Shown here: piece after piece, positions 30,893 through 41,599 of the stretch
Layout: every line of letters starts with the position of its first letter
How positions within the stretch are numbered: the stretch's first letter is position 1
Origin: an uncultured Gammaproteobacteria bacterium
Lineage (GTDB): Bacteria; Pseudomonadota; Gammaproteobacteria; Magnimaribacterales; D2472
DNA length: 64,000 bases
Assembly (NCBI GenBank): GCA_913050015.1
Contig: CAJXAZ010000001.1
Coordinates: 10,912-74,911, forward strand
Direction of reading: 5' to 3'
The notes under the pieces: model-generated
The model's input: only the letters and a program-made list of their open reading frames with translations
Databases searched by the model: none
What the model was told of the DNA's origin: nothing
Translations under genes and position numbers: made by a program

Positions 30893-31462
30893 ATGCATGC
30901 TGACAGCTGGGCTCTAAAAGCTAAAAAATCTGGTTTTAGAACCAGAGCAGTTTTTAAGCTAGATGAAATAATACAAAAAACACAAGTCCTCAAAAAGTCA
31001 AAATATATTCTTGATTTAGGATCTGCGCCTGGTGGCTGGTCGCAGTATATAAAGCAAAAATCAAAAAAATCAGAAGTTTATGCAATAGATATACTAGATA
31101 TGGAGTCAGTTGAGGGTGTAAATTTTTATCAAGAAAGTATTGAAAATATAGATACTATTGATCCAATATTCTCATTAATGGGTTCTTTTGATCTTGCAAT
31201 CTCAGATATCGCCCCAAACTTGACTGGTATACATGCCATAGACACCGAAAATATTTATGAGCTCAATATCCTTACTTTGGAAGTTGCTGCCAAATATTTA
31301 AATAAATCTCATGGATCATTTATAATGAAGACCTTTCAAAACAGTATGTTGAAAAATCTTCGAAAAAAAATGGAACTTTCTTTCAAGATAGTTCAAACTT
31401 TTAAACCAGCTGCTTCAAAAAAGCAATCTGGTGAAATATATTTATATGGAGCTTATAAATAA
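30893..31462 (+). CDS. rlmE: 23S rRNA (U2552-2'-O)-methyltransferase
   Basis: Contains [11 protein letters not shown] and the SAM-binding block [12 protein letters not shown]. Length 189 aa. Directly upstream of ftsH, as in E. coli. Confidence 0.9.
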   Translation: MHADSWALKAKKSGFRTRAVFKLDEIIQKTQVLKKSKYILDLGSAPGGWSQYIKQKSKKSEVYAIDILDMESVEGVNFYQESIENIDTIDPIFSLMGSFDLAISDIAPNLTGIHAIDTENIYELNILTLEVAAKYLNKSHGSFIMKTFQNSMLKNLRKKMELSFKIVQTFKPAASKKQSGEIYLYGAYK

Positions 31463-33372
31463 TGAATAGTATTTTTAGAAATCTTTTAGTCTGGGTCATC
31501 CTTGGCTCTTTATTAATGTTTGTTTTTAACAATGTTGAAAATTCAACAGCTAGAGAGCAAGTCAGTTATAGCGAGTTTAAAAAGGAAGTTCTTTCAGGCG
31601 GTGTTGAAAAAATTGTATACAAAGGCGATCAAATGACGATTATTGGAGATCGTATGGACGGATCTAAATTTGAAACTACTCACCCAATATTTAAGAAAGA
31701 TGACGTTTTGGATAAGGCCATTCAGGATAATGGAGTTGTCGCTGAGTATGAGAAAATTGAACAACCTTCAATACTATCGCAACTCTTAGTTGGAGCTTTC
31801 CCTATAATCTTGTTACTAGGAATATTTTTCTTTTTCATGAGGCAAATGCAAGGTGGCATGTCAGGCAAAGGCGGCCCTATGTCATTCGGAAAAAGTAAAG
31901 CAAAACTCATGGAAGGCGGACAAGTTAAAACAACTTTTAAAGATGTTGCTGGCTGCGAAGAGGCGAAGCAAGATGTTCAAGAATTAGTTGATTTCTTAAG
32001 AGACCCTACAAAATTTCAAAAACTTGGCGGAAGAATTCCTAGAGGGGTTTTGATGGTTGGGCCTCCAGGCACCGGAAAGACTTTACTTGCAAGAGCTATC
32101 GCTGGCGAGGCTAAGGTTCCATTTTTTAGTATTTCTGGATCTGATTTTGTTGAGATGTTCGTTGGAGTTGGCGCTTCAAGAGTTAGAGATATGTTTGAAC
32201 AAGCAAAAAAACAATCACCATGTATTATTTTTATTGATGAAATTGATGCAGTTGGAAGACATAGAGGAACTGGTATGGGAGGGGGTCATGATGAAAGAGA
32301 GCAGACCCTTAATCAGCTGTTAGTAGAAATGGATGGCTTTGAGGGTAATGATGGGGTTATTGTTGTTGCTGCAACAAATAGACCTGATGTTCTAGATCCG
32401 GCTCTTTTAAGACCCGGTAGATTTGATAGACAGGTTGTTGTTGATTTGCCTGACATAAGAGGAAGGGAAGCAATTCTAAAAGTTCATATGAGAAAAGTTC
32501 CATTAGATTCGAATGTAGATCCATTGATTCTCGCAAGAGGAACTCCCGGTTTTTCTGGAGCTGATCTTGCTAACTTGATTAATGAAGCAGCCCTATTTGC
32601 CGCAAGATACTCAGATAAAAAAATTGATCAGTCACATCTTGATCTAGCTAAAGATAAAATTATGATGGGCGCTGAAAGAAAATCAATGATTCTAAGCGAA
32701 GAGCAAAAAAGAATTACTGCATATCATGAAGCAGGTCATGCAATAGTTGGAAGGTTATGTCCAACCCATGATCCCGTATACAAGGTTACTATTATTCCTA
32801 GAGGAAGAGCCTTAGGGGTAACAATGTTCCTTCCAGAAGAAGACACTTACATGCAAAGTAAAGAATATTTACTTGGAAGAATTGCAACATTATTTGGTGG
32901 AAGGATTGCTGAAAGTATAATTAATGGTGATCAAGGCATTACTACTGGAGCCTCAAATGATATCGAGGTTGCAACATCTATAGCTACAAATATGGTTACT
33001 AAATGGGGTCTTTCTGAGAAGCTTGGGACTATTAAGTATGGTGAAGATGAAGGAAGTCCTTTTATTGGAAGGTCTGCATCAGCACCTGCTCAGTTCAGAA
33101 GTGAAGAAACATCAAAATTGATTGATTCAGAAATTAAGTCGATCATTGATAAGAGTTATGAAAGAGCAGAGAACCTATTAAAAACTAATTTAGATAAATT
33201 AAATACTATGGCAGATGCTTTATTGAAATATGAAACAATTGATGCACCTCAGATAGATGACATTATGGCAGGGGCAGAGCCCAGAGAGCCAAAAGGGTGG
33301 TCAGAGGATAATATTCCTCCATCTAATACAGATACAAAATCTTCAATAAAAGGGCCAGCAGAAGAGTTATAA
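31462..33372 (+). CDS. ftsH: ATP-dependent zinc metalloprotease FtsH
   Basis: Two N-terminal TM segments, Walker [12 protein letters not shown] region and zinc site HEAGHA. Length 636 aa. Confidence 0.97.
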   Translation: MNSIFRNLLVWVILGSLLMFVFNNVENSTAREQVSYSEFKKEVLSGGVEKIVYKGDQMTIIGDRMDGSKFETTHPIFKKDDVLDKAIQDNGVVAEYEKIEQPSILSQLLVGAFPIILLLGIFFFFMRQMQGGMSGKGGPMSFGKSKAKLMEGGQVKTTFKDVAGCEEAKQDVQELVDFLRDPTKFQKLGGRIPRGVLMVGPPGTGKTLLARAIAGEAKVPFFSISGSDFVEMFVGVGASRVRDMFEQAKKQSPCIIFIDEIDAVGRHRGTGMGGGHDEREQTLNQLLVEMDGFEGNDGVIVVAATNRPDVLDPALLRPGRFDRQVVVDLPDIRGREAILKVHMRKVPLDSNVDPLILARGTPGFSGADLANLINEAALFAARYSDKKIDQSHLDLAKDKIMMGAERKSMILSEEQKRITAYHEAGHAIVGRLCPTHDPVYKVTIIPRGRALGVTMFLPEEDTYMQSKEYLLGRIATLFGGRIAESIINGDQGITTGASNDIEVATSIATNMVTKWGLSEKLGTIKYGEDEGSPFIGRSASAPAQFRSEETSKLIDSEIKSIIDKSYERAENLLKTNLDKLNTMADALLKYETIDAPQIDDIMAGAEPREPKGWSEDNIPPSNTDTKSSIKGPAEEL

Positions 33373-33381
33373 TTTCTTATT

Positions 33382-34704
33382 ATGAATCTTAAATTTGGTA
33401 CAGATGGAATAAGGGGTCCCGTAGAGACACTCATAACTCCTGAGGCTTGCTTGAGAATTGCCCATGCCACTGGCATTGTAATGAAAGAGCTTGGCTGGGA
33501 TACCGTGATGATTGGAAAAGATACCCGTGTGTCTGGTTACATGCTTGAATCTGCACTACAAGCAGGTTTTATAGCCTCGGGTGTAAATGTAAGGCTTTTA
33601 GGGCCACTTCCAACTCCTGGAGTTGCATACCTTACAAAATCATTAAGAAATAGCTTTGGAGTTGTTCTCAGCGCTTCTCATAATGACTTCCTTGATAATG
33701 GAATTAAAATTTTTAATGCAGATGGTGAAAAGCTCTCAAAAGAATTAGAGAAGAAGATTGAGAAACTTTTAGAAACAGAACTAAAGCCAGTAAAAACTGA
33801 AGAGCTGGGTAAGGCTAGAAGGTTTGATGAATCTGGAGCTAGATATGTTGAGTTCTGTAAATCCACTGTTCCTTCCACCGTATCCTTTTCTTCTTTAAGA
33901 ATCGTACTTGATTGTGCTAATGGAGCTTGTTACAAAGTTAGTCCAGAGGTTTTTGAGGAACTTGGAGCTGAGATCATTCCTATTGGTGTTACACCAGATG
34001 GTTTTAATATAAATGCTCAATGTGGCTCCACATATCCAGAACTTGTCAGAGATGAGGTTATCAAACAAAGAGCTGACTTTGGGGTTGCTCTTGATGGAGA
34101 TGGCGATAGGGTAATAATAGTAGATAAAGATGGAAATATTCTTGATGGCGATGATCTTTTATATATTTTAGCTTTTTCTAATCCTAACAGAGCTGGTCCA
34201 TGGTCTGGAGTTGTTGGAACTCACATGAGTAATTTAGGGCTAGAAGATGGAATCAAAAAACTAGGATATGATTTTAAAAGAGCAGATGTTGGCGATAAAT
34301 ATGTAAGTAAAATGCTTACTAAGAAAGGCTGGCTTCTTGGAGGGGAAACCTCTGGTCATATTATATGTAAAGATTTAGTCAGCACTGGTGATGGAACAAT
34401 CGCCGCTTTAAAGGTTATCTCTTCACTATTAATACTTGAAAAAGATCCATCTGAAGTTTTAGCTAATTATAAAAAGATGCCTCAGGTTAATCTAGCCATT
34501 GCAGTTAAAAATAAAGATATAGCTAACGACAAGGATCTTAAAGCTATGATTAAAGAGATCGAGTCTGATATTACTGTTGGCAGAGTTCTGGTAAGAGCTT
34601 CTGGAACGGAAAGCAAGATAAGAGTTATGGTTGAAGCTCCAGAGGAGAATGTTGCAACCAAATTTGCAAATGATTTAATTAATATTATTACTTCAAAATC
34701 ATAA
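33382..34704 (+). CDS. glmM: Phosphoglucosamine mutase
   Basis: Contains FGTDGIRG, the phosphoserine loop SASHNDFLDNGIK (Asp where Pro is usual), DGDGDR and GGETSGH. Length 440 aa. Confidence 0.93.
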   Translation: MNLKFGTDGIRGPVETLITPEACLRIAHATGIVMKELGWDTVMIGKDTRVSGYMLESALQAGFIASGVNVRLLGPLPTPGVAYLTKSLRNSFGVVLSASHNDFLDNGIKIFNADGEKLSKELEKKIEKLLETELKPVKTEELGKARRFDESGARYVEFCKSTVPSTVSFSSLRIVLDCANGACYKVSPEVFEELGAEIIPIGVTPDGFNINAQCGSTYPELVRDEVIKQRADFGVALDGDGDRVIIVDKDGNILDGDDLLYILAFSNPNRAGPWSGVVGTHMSNLGLEDGIKKLGYDFKRADVGDKYVSKMLTKKGWLLGGETSGHIICKDLVSTGDGTIAALKVISSLLILEKDPSEVLANYKKMPQVNLAIAVKNKDIANDKDLKAMIKEIESDITVGRVLVRASGTESKIRVMVEAPEENVATKFANDLINIITSKS

Positions 34705-34705
34705 G

Positions 34706-35449
34706 ATGATCATTGCTAACTGGAAAGCCAATGGAGACATACTATCTAATCTGAAATGGTGTAAATTTTTTATTGAGAATTGCCCTAAAGAAATTATATC
34801 TAATATAGGAATTACCCCGTCTTCATTACACATTGGTCAGATAAAAGATTTATTAGAGTCATTTGAAGTAAAGATAGGTATTCAAGATATAGACTCGGAT
34901 GGAGGGCCTAGAACCGGTTCTATTTCTGGAGAGATGGCCGCAGATATTGGTTGTGATTTTACGCTTATTGGTCACTCTGAAAGAAGAACTCTTTTTAAAG
35001 AGAGAAACGAACTTTTAAAACAAAAAATAGAATCTGCCTATCAAGCAAACCTTCAACCAATCCTTTGTATAGGAGAGACGCTCGAGGAGAACAAGCAAGG
35101 AAAGACAATGGATATTCTTAAATCTCAGATTGAAGAGGCCATATCAAATATAACTATTAAAGAAGATTTTATAGTTGCTTATGAGCCAGTATGGGCAATT
35201 GGTACCGGGATTACACCCAAAGCAAAAGATATCAATGTAATTCACGAATTTATAAAAGATGTTGTACAATCTCAATCCTCAGATAATGAAGTGCCATTAG
35301 TCTTATACGGTGGAAGCATTAATGAGAGTAATTCTGAAGATTTTTTCACTCAAATAAATATAGATGGTGGATTAATAGGCGGAGCATCCTTGGATGCTGA
35401 AGAGTTTTTAAAAATAGTAAATATATATAGTAGGTTAATCACACAATGA
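34706..35449 (+). CDS. tpiA: Triosephosphate isomerase
   Basis: Contains IANWK, GHSERR, AYEPVWAIGTG and GGASL. Length 247 aa. Confidence 0.95.
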   Translation: MIIANWKANGDILSNLKWCKFFIENCPKEIISNIGITPSSLHIGQIKDLLESFEVKIGIQDIDSDGGPRTGSISGEMAADIGCDFTLIGHSERRTLFKERNELLKQKIESAYQANLQPILCIGETLEENKQGKTMDILKSQIEEAISNITIKEDFIVAYEPVWAIGTGITPKAKDINVIHEFIKDVVQSQSSDNEVPLVLYGGSINESNSEDFFTQINIDGGLIGGASLDAEEFLKIVNIYSRLITQ

Positions 35450-35757
35450 TAATTTTTATAAAAATAATATGTATCGTTTTGGCAATTGCAATCATTGCCT
35501 TAGTTCTTTTACAACAGGGCAAAGGATCAGATTTAGGTTCAGCATTTGGAGGTGGATCTTCAAACTCGATGTTTGGAGCATTAGGCCCATCAGACTTTCT
35601 TGGAAAACTTACATATGCATTAGTAGCAACATGGTTGGTATTATCTCTGGCCCTTGCCTACATGTATAAAACTCAAAATACTGCAGCAGTATTTGATACA
35701 CAGTTGATTGAAGAGGCTGTTATTGAGTCATCTTCAAACGATATTCCAGTAGAATAA
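35446..35757 (+). CDS. secG: Preprotein translocase subunit SecG
   Basis: Contains LLQQGKGSDLGSAFGGGSSNSMFG and 2 TM segments. Length 103 aa. The ATGA start overlaps the tpiA stop. Confidence 0.93.
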   Translation: MIIFIKIICIVLAIAIIALVLLQQGKGSDLGSAFGGGSSNSMFGALGPSDFLGKLTYALVATWLVLSLALAYMYKTQNTAAVFDTQLIEEAVIESSSNDIPVE

Positions 35758-35772
35758 TTAAGAAATACATAC

Positions 35773-35859
35773 TGGTGCCGAAAGCGGGACTCGAACCCGC
35801 ACGAGCTTTCGCTCACTAACCCCTCAAGCTAGCGTGTCTACCAATTCCACCACTTCGGC
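35773..35859 (-). tRNA. leuU: tRNA-Leu (anticodon GAG), leuU-like
   Basis: The reverse complement folds by hand as follows: acceptor GCCGAAG/TTTCGGC, anticodon arm CTAGC-TTGAGGG-GTTAG, long variable arm, and T arm GCGGG-TTCGAGT-CCCGC. It ends in an encoded ACCA. Length 87 nt. Confidence 0.9.
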
Positions 35860-35872
35860 CAAAAGTGGCAAG

Positions 35873-35878
35873 ATTATA
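35873..35878 (-). promoter_or_regulatory. Candidate -10 box (TATAAT on the minus strand) for tRNA-Leu
   Basis: A perfect TATAAT hexamer reads on the minus strand 13 nt upstream of the mature tRNA-Leu 5' end. I found no good -35 element. Confidence 0.3.
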
Positions 35879-35954
35879 GCAAGTTATTATTTGAAATTAT
35901 AAAAATAATATACTTGACCAAACATACATCTTTTCATTACACTTCAGCCTGCGT

Positions 35955-36031
<77 letters not shown>

Positions 36032-36053
36032 CAGTTACATATATTTTTTTTGT

Positions 36054-36073
36054 GGGGCATTAGCCCTTTTTTT
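36054..36073 (+). terminator. Short GC stem-loop plus T-run between tRNA-fMet and rimP; possible attenuator or partial terminator
   Basis: GGGC-ATTA-GCCC (4-5 bp stem) followed by TTTTTTT, read directly. E. coli has terminators at the equivalent place after metY. The stem is short, so confidence is low. Confidence 0.35.
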
Positions 36074-36083
36074 GTGTAAAAAA

Positions 36084-36566
36084 ATGGTAAAAGAAGAAAT
36101 TGAAAATATTGTTGAACCTGTAATTAAAAGGCACGAGTGCTTTTTATGGGGCATAGAGATTTTGAGAGGTAAGAAAAGACCAACTTTAAGAATCTACATA
36201 GACTCAGCTACAGGTGGAAATATTGATGATTGTGAGAATATCTCTAGAGATTTAAATTATGAGATAGAGTTAGACTCATCACTTGGCGAGGATTATGTTC
36301 TTGAGGTTTCAACTCCTGGCATAAGTAGAAGATTTTTTAATCAGAACCAGCTCTTGGAGTATATTGGTGAAGACTTAAAAATAAAACTTAGAGAGCCGTT
36401 AGAGGGAATTAAGAATATTGAGGGCAAGTTAGCTGAATGTAATGAAAACTTTTTTATTATTGAAACAGCTAAACTCGAATATAAATTAGATTTTAATGAC
36501 ATGGATGTTTGTCGATTAGATCCGAATTTTGAAAAATTAATGAAGGAGAATGATTATGGAAAGTAA
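36084..36566 (+). CDS. rimP: Ribosome maturation factor RimP
   Basis: MVKEEIENIVEPV...TLRIYIDS...LEVSTPGISR is collinear with E. coli RimP. I prefer ATG 36084 over the TTG at 36072 given in the track. Confidence 0.9.
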   Translation: MVKEEIENIVEPVIKRHECFLWGIEILRGKKRPTLRIYIDSATGGNIDDCENISRDLNYEIELDSSLGEDYVLEVSTPGISRRFFNQNQLLEYIGEDLKIKLREPLEGIKNIEGKLAECNENFFIIETAKLEYKLDFNDMDVCRLDPNFEKLMKENDYGK

Positions 36567-38016
36567 TGAAATATTAGCAGTTGTTGACTCGGTCTCTAAC
36601 GAGAAGGGGCTCGACAAAAATTTAATTTTTGCAGCTATAGAAGAGGCTATTGCTTCTGCGTCTCAAAGGCATTTTCACGAAGATGCTGAGCTATTTGTTA
36701 AAATCGATAGAGATACAGGGGAATACTCTACTCACAGGAATTGGCTTGTATTTGACGAAGCTGATGAAGAATTCCATTTAGAAACTCATATATCAAAAGA
36801 CAATGCCGATCTTGATTTGGGTGAAACACATACAAAACAACAAGAAAATGTTCCATTTGGAAGAATCGAAACTCAAGCAGCAAGACAAGTTATGCTTCAG
36901 AAAGTTAGAGAAGCAGAGAGAGAGAAGGTAGTTTCACAATTCAAAAGTCAAAACAATCAATTGGTTAATGGAACTGTAAAAAGAGTAACAAGAGACAATA
37001 TAATCGTAGACATATCTCATGATGCAGAGGCTATTCTTCCGAGAGATAAGCTGATGCCAGGTGAAATTTATAAAATTAATGATCGCATAAGAGCTATATT
37101 ACAAATTCAAGAAGTGGAAGGAAGGGGCGCTCAATTAATGTTAAATAGATCATGTCCTGAAATGGTTACTGAATTATTTGCTATAGAAGTTCCAGAAATA
37201 AGTGAAGATATTATAGAAATTAGAGGCATTGCAAGAGATGCGGGCTCAAGGTCTAAAATTGCTGTAAAAACAAATGACGGAAGAATAGATCCAGTCGGAG
37301 CATGTGTCGGTATGCGAGGTTCCCGAGTTCAAGCAGTATCCTCAGAACTTGGAAATGAAAGAATAGATATTATTATTTATGACGATAATCCAGCTCAACT
37401 AGTAATTAATGCGCTTGTCCCAGCTAAAGTCGAATCTATTGTTATGGATGAAAGTTCAAGATCTATGGATATAGCAGTTAATCAAGAAAATCTAGCATTA
37501 GCTATTGGTTCAAGAGGCCAAAATATTAGATTAGCTTCTAGACTGGTAGGTTGGGAATTAAATATTGTTAGTAGCGAAGAGGCAGAAGCAAAGGTTAAAG
37601 TTGAAGAAACAGAGTTTCTTGCTAATCTTACAAGTAGCCTTTCTGTTTCTGATGAAATTGCAGAAAAAATTATTGCTCTTGGTTTATCCTCATTTGATGA
37701 TATCGCTTATGCAGAAGATGCGGTATTTAAAGATTTTGTTGATAGTGAAGAGGAAATTCAAAGAATTAAGAGCTCTGCAGAGGATGCTGCTCTTATGGAA
37801 GCAATGGGAGCAATTACTGAAGAGGAAGGAAATGTTGAGTCATTAACAGATCTTAATCTGGAAGATGAAGATGTTCAAAAGCTTGCGAACAAAGGCATTA
37901 AAAATAAAGATGACTTAGCGGAGCTTGCAGTTGATGAACTTCAAGAAATTATTGAAATTTCTTCAGATGATGCATCAAAAATGATAATGAAAGCTCGAGA
38001 GCACTGGTTTAATTAA
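36556..38016 (+). CDS. nusA: Transcription termination/antitermination factor NusA
   Basis: I place the start at ATG 36556, 7 nt after AAGGAG. The protein has an N-terminal domain, S1, two KH domains and two acidic C-terminal HhH repeats. It overlaps rimP by 11 nt. Confidence 0.95.
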   Translation: MESNEILAVVDSVSNEKGLDKNLIFAAIEEAIASASQRHFHEDAELFVKIDRDTGEYSTHRNWLVFDEADEEFHLETHISKDNADLDLGETHTKQQENVPFGRIETQAARQVMLQKVREAEREKVVSQFKSQNNQLVNGTVKRVTRDNIIVDISHDAEAILPRDKLMPGEIYKINDRIRAILQIQEVEGRGAQLMLNRSCPEMVTELFAIEVPEISEDIIEIRGIARDAGSRSKIAVKTNDGRIDPVGACVGMRGSRVQAVSSELGNERIDIIIYDDNPAQLVINALVPAKVESIVMDESSRSMDIAVNQENLALAIGSRGQNIRLASRLVGWELNIVSSEEAEAKVKVEETEFLANLTSSLSVSDEIAEKIIALGLSSFDDIAYAEDAVFKDFVDSEEEIQRIKSSAEDAALMEAMGAITEEEGNVESLTDLNLEDEDVQKLANKGIKNKDDLAELAVDELQEIIEISSDDASKMIMKAREHWFN

Positions 38017-38036
38017 TCTAAAAAGGAATATATATT

Positions 38037-40316
38037 TTGACTTTAACTGTTAAAGATTTTGCTAAAACTCTAAAGATATCTGATGCAGCTCTAATAGAGC
38101 GCATGAAGACTGCTGGGCTTAGTCACTCTAAAAATACTGATGAGATAACAGCCTCTGATAAGCAGGCATTACTTAGATCCTTAAAAGGTGGGCAACCAGC
38201 ACCGGCTCCTAAGCCTATGACTTCAGGATCTGGCGTAACAGTAACTTCAAAAGGAAAGGCTCCAATTGAAGCCACTGCACCAAGTAGGTACTCTGATGAC
38301 ATTGAGGCGAAGAGAGCCGCAGCTTCTGGACAGCTTAAAGAACAACAAAAAATAAGAGAAGACCAATTAAAAGAAATAGCTAAAACAAAACTAGAAGAGC
38401 AAAAAAGAAAAGACAAGTTTAAAAAACCTGAAGTTGTAAAATCCTCGGTTAAAGTAAATGTTAAGGACCAGCTTTCAAGCGCAGTCAATGCATACAAAAG
38501 AAGAGAGGGATCTTTCCCTAAAAGCTCAGAACATAAATTTGAAGCTCCTACTGAGATTATAAAAAAAGATATTGAAGTTCCTACCACTATTCAGGTCGGC
38601 GAGCTTGCTAAGCTAATGTCTCTTAAGGGAAATATTGTAGTTAAAAATTTAATGAGTCTCGGTGTTGTTGCAACAATAAACGATATGATTGATCAAGAAA
38701 CTGCAATCCTTGTAGTAGAAGAGATTGGCCATAATGCTGTTCCTTTAAAAGAAGAAAACTTTGAAGAAGATCTTGCAAACCTTATTACCTATAAAGATGA
38801 AGCAAGGCTAAGATCACCTGTTATTACTGTTATGGGTCACGTAGATCATGGCAAAACCACACTTTTAGACTTTATTAGAAAAACAAAAGTTGTTGATGGA
38901 GAGGCTGGAGGAATTACTCAGCATATTGGTGCTTACGAGGTAGAGACCTCGAAAGGTATGATAACTTTCATAGATACTCCAGGGCATGCTGCATTTTCTT
39001 CAATGAGAGCCAGGGGTGCCAACACGACCGATATAGTCATTTTAGTTGTTGCAGCTAATGATGGAATAAAACCACAAACAGAAGAGGCAATTAATCATGC
39101 TAAAGCTGCTGGAGTATCAATAGTAGTAGCTATAAACAAAATAGATCTCGAAGGTGCGGATGTGGACAAGGTTAAAGGCGATCTAGCAGCTAAAGATTTA
39201 GCTCCTGAAGATTGGGGCGGCACAACACAAATGGTTCCAGTATCAGCATTAAAAGGTACCGGAGTAGATCAATTACTAGAAAGTGTTTCACTTGAAGCTG
39301 AATTATTAGAGTTAAAGGCTCATTATGACGGACCAGCACAGGGTGTAGTTGTTGAGTCAGAGCTTGATAAATTTAGAGGTTCAATTGCTACCTTCTTAAT
39401 CCAAAATGGAACCTTGAAAGTTGGTGATATGGTTGCATCTGGTAATGCAGTAGGGAAGATTAAAAGTATTGTTAATAGCGATGGATCAAAAATTAAACAA
39501 GCAGGACCATCAGCAGCTGTTGAGGTTCTAGGACTAAGTAATGTTCCTAATGCAGGCGATCAGTTCCAGGTGGTAGACAATGATAAACAAGCTAGAGAAA
39601 TTGCTGAATATAGAATTACTAAAGAAAAAGAAAGAAAGCTACTTAAACAAAAAGATGAATCCGCAGGAGATCTATTTGAATTACTAGGTAAAGAAAATAC
39701 TAAAAAAGTACTTAATATTATTGTAAAAACAGATGTAGGCGGAACTTGTGAAGCAATAACAGCCTCTCTTCATGACTTAGGAAACGATTTAGCAAAAGTT
39801 AAAATTGTTTCAAGCGGCGTTGGTGGAATTTCAGAATCTGATGCAAATTTAGCAGTAGCTGTTGACGCAATAATCATAGGCTTTAATGTAAGAGCCGATA
39901 ACGCAGCAAAGAAAATTATAGAAGATGAGTCAATACCCCTTAATTACCATAGTATTATTTATGAATTACTAGATGATGTTAAAGCTAGAATGAGTGGATT
40001 ATTAGATCCTATTGTTAGAGAAGAGATTGTCGGAACTGCTCAGGTACTAGAAGTATTTAGCTCACCTAAATTTGGTCAAATAGCAGGTTGTAATGTAATT
40101 GAAGGAACTGTTCTTAGGAATAAACCAGTTAGGGTTTTAAGAGATGATATTGTAATTCATGAAGGTGAGCTAGATTCATTAAGAAGATTTAAAGAAGATG
40201 TTAATGAAGTTAGAAATGGAAGTGAATGTGGTATGGGTATTAAAAACTACAAAGACATCAAGCCTGGCGATAAAATCGAAGTTTATGATAGAAAAGAAGA
40301 ATCTCAATCAATGTAA
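38037..40316 (+). CDS. infB: Translation initiation factor IF-2
   Basis: TTG start 9 nt after AAAGGAA. The N-terminus is collinear with E. coli IF2, and the G domain carries [17 protein letters not shown] and NKID. Length 759 aa. Confidence 0.96.
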   Translation: MTLTVKDFAKTLKISDAALIERMKTAGLSHSKNTDEITASDKQALLRSLKGGQPAPAPKPMTSGSGVTVTSKGKAPIEATAPSRYSDDIEAKRAAASGQLKEQQKIREDQLKEIAKTKLEEQKRKDKFKKPEVVKSSVKVNVKDQLSSAVNAYKRREGSFPKSSEHKFEAPTEIIKKDIEVPTTIQVGELAKLMSLKGNIVVKNLMSLGVVATINDMIDQETAILVVEEIGHNAVPLKEENFEEDLANLITYKDEARLRSPVITVMGHVDHGKTTLLDFIRKTKVVDGEAGGITQHIGAYEVETSKGMITFIDTPGHAAFSSMRARGANTTDIVILVVAANDGIKPQTEEAINHAKAAGVSIVVAINKIDLEGADVDKVKGDLAAKDLAPEDWGGTTQMVPVSALKGTGVDQLLESVSLEAELLELKAHYDGPAQGVVVESELDKFRGSIATFLIQNGTLKVGDMVASGNAVGKIKSIVNSDGSKIKQAGPSAAVEVLGLSNVPNAGDQFQVVDNDKQAREIAEYRITKEKERKLLKQKDESAGDLFELLGKENTKKVLNIIVKTDVGGTCEAITASLHDLGNDLAKVKIVSSGVGGISESDANLAVAVDAIIIGFNVRADNAAKKIIEDESIPLNYHSIIYELLDDVKARMSGLLDPIVREEIVGTAQVLEVFSSPKFGQIAGCNVIEGTVLRNKPVRVLRDDIVIHEGELDSLRRFKEDVNEVRNGSECGMGIKNYKDIKPGDKIEVYDRKEESQSM

Positions 40317-40325
40317 TAGATTTTA

Positions 40326-40670
40326 ATGTCATCACTAAGATCAGAAAAAGTAGCGGATGTCCTTAGAAAAGAAATTTCTTTAATAATAAATAAAGAAACT
40401 AAAGATCCTAGGCTGCAAAATATAAATATTACTGCTGTGAAGGTATCTGATGATATCGGTCATGCTACTGTTTTTTATACACTGATAGGCGAGTCAATAA
40501 TAAAAAGTGAAAGCACTCTAGATAAAAAGGTTCTTAAGAAATTTAGCGGCATGGTTAGATCTAAGCTTTCAAAAACCATGCAAATAAGAAGAGTTCCAGT
40601 AATTAATTTTAGGTTCGATGAGAGTGTTGAGTACTCTGACAATATTGAAACTCTTTTAAAGAATCTATAA
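40326..40670 (+). CDS. rbfA: Ribosome-binding factor A
   Basis: 114 aa. Contains RSEKVADVLRKEISLII and a KH-like fold sequence. Conserved position after infB. Confidence 0.9.
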   Translation: MSSLRSEKVADVLRKEISLIINKETKDPRLQNINITAVKVSDDIGHATVFYTLIGESIIKSESTLDKKVLKKFSGMVRSKLSKTMQIRRVPVINFRFDESVEYSDNIETLLKNL

Positions 40671-40672
40671 TA

Positions 40673-41512
40673 ATGGACGGCTTTCTTCTAGCCTTCAAAG
40701 AAAAAGGTATAAGCTCTAATCGCTTAGTTCAAGAGGTCAAGAGATCTCTTTCACTTAAAAAAGTTGGTCATCTTGGTACATTAGATCCAATGGCAGAGGG
40801 ATTGGTTATTCTTGCAATCAATAGGGCAACTAGATTCTCATCTTTCTTTTTGGAATCTGATAAATCATATATAGCTGGAATTACCTTTGGAACAAAAACA
40901 GATACTGATGATGCTATGGGGCAGGTCATCGAATCTTCAGAGATAATACCTAAAGAAAAGGATATTAATGAGGCTTTAGAGTCTTTTATTGGTGAATCTA
41001 TGCAGGTAGCTCCTTTTTTTTCTGCTCTAAAATTTAAAGGAAAGCCTCTATACAAGTACGCACGTGAAGGTGAGTTTATTTCTAAACCCCCTAGGTATAT
41101 CAATATATTTTCTATCAAAGACATAAGTCACGATGTCAATTCCTGTTCTTTATCTATTCATTGCTCAAAGGGAACATATATTCGATCTATTGCGCGAGAT
41201 CTTGGAGATAAAATCGGTTGCGGAGCCCACCTGTCATCATTAACAAGAACTTCACAGGGTAGTTTCAGCTATTTAGAGGCTAAAAAACCTGAGGCGATAA
41301 ATATAGATCAACTTATATCAATAGAATCAGCTTTTAATAACTTTCATGATATTCACCTTGATCCCGATCAAACAAAAAATTTTAGTAATGGTGTGAAAAT
41401 CTTAGATATTGATCATGAAAATAATTATTATAAAATTTATGATTATTCATCGAAATTTCTTGGACTAGGTGTGGTATCTGAATCTGTCTTAGCCCTTAAA
41501 CGACTTGTTTAA
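40673..41512 (+). CDS. truB: tRNA pseudouridine-55 synthase
   Basis: Contains the catalytic-Asp block KVGHLGTLDPMAEGLVIL and GTYIRS. Length 279 aa. Confidence 0.93.
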   Translation: MDGFLLAFKEKGISSNRLVQEVKRSLSLKKVGHLGTLDPMAEGLVILAINRATRFSSFFLESDKSYIAGITFGTKTDTDDAMGQVIESSEIIPKEKDINEALESFIGESMQVAPFFSALKFKGKPLYKYAREGEFISKPPRYINIFSIKDISHDVNSCSLSIHCSKGTYIRSIARDLGDKIGCGAHLSSLTRTSQGSFSYLEAKKPEAINIDQLISIESAFNNFHDIHLDPDQTKNFSNGVKILDIDHENNYYKIYDYSSKFLGLGVVSESVLALKRLV

Positions 41513-41549
41513 TGGGGTAATAAGTTATAAGATTCGCACGCTTACTTTA

Positions 41550-41590
41550 GTTGTACGAGGTTTGCATCAATTAATGAATGTACAACGAGG
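41550..41590 (+). promoter_or_regulatory. rpsO leader hairpin abutting the Shine-Dalgarno; candidate S15 autoregulatory element
   Basis: Perfect 7-bp inverted repeat: GTTGTAC (41550-41556) and GTACAAC (41580-41586), with a 23-nt loop. The repeat is followed immediately by GAGG, and the ATG is at 41600. A second GAGG sits just inside the 5' side of the loop. Confidence 0.4.
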
Positions 41591-41599
41591 AATATAAAT

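Noticed and set aside
38123-38587. 154-aa ORF on the minus strand inside the infB N-terminal region
   Set aside because: It is antisense to the Lys/Glu/Ala-rich low-complexity N-domain of IF2. Such regions lack stops on the opposite strand by composition. There is no independent start context or motif.
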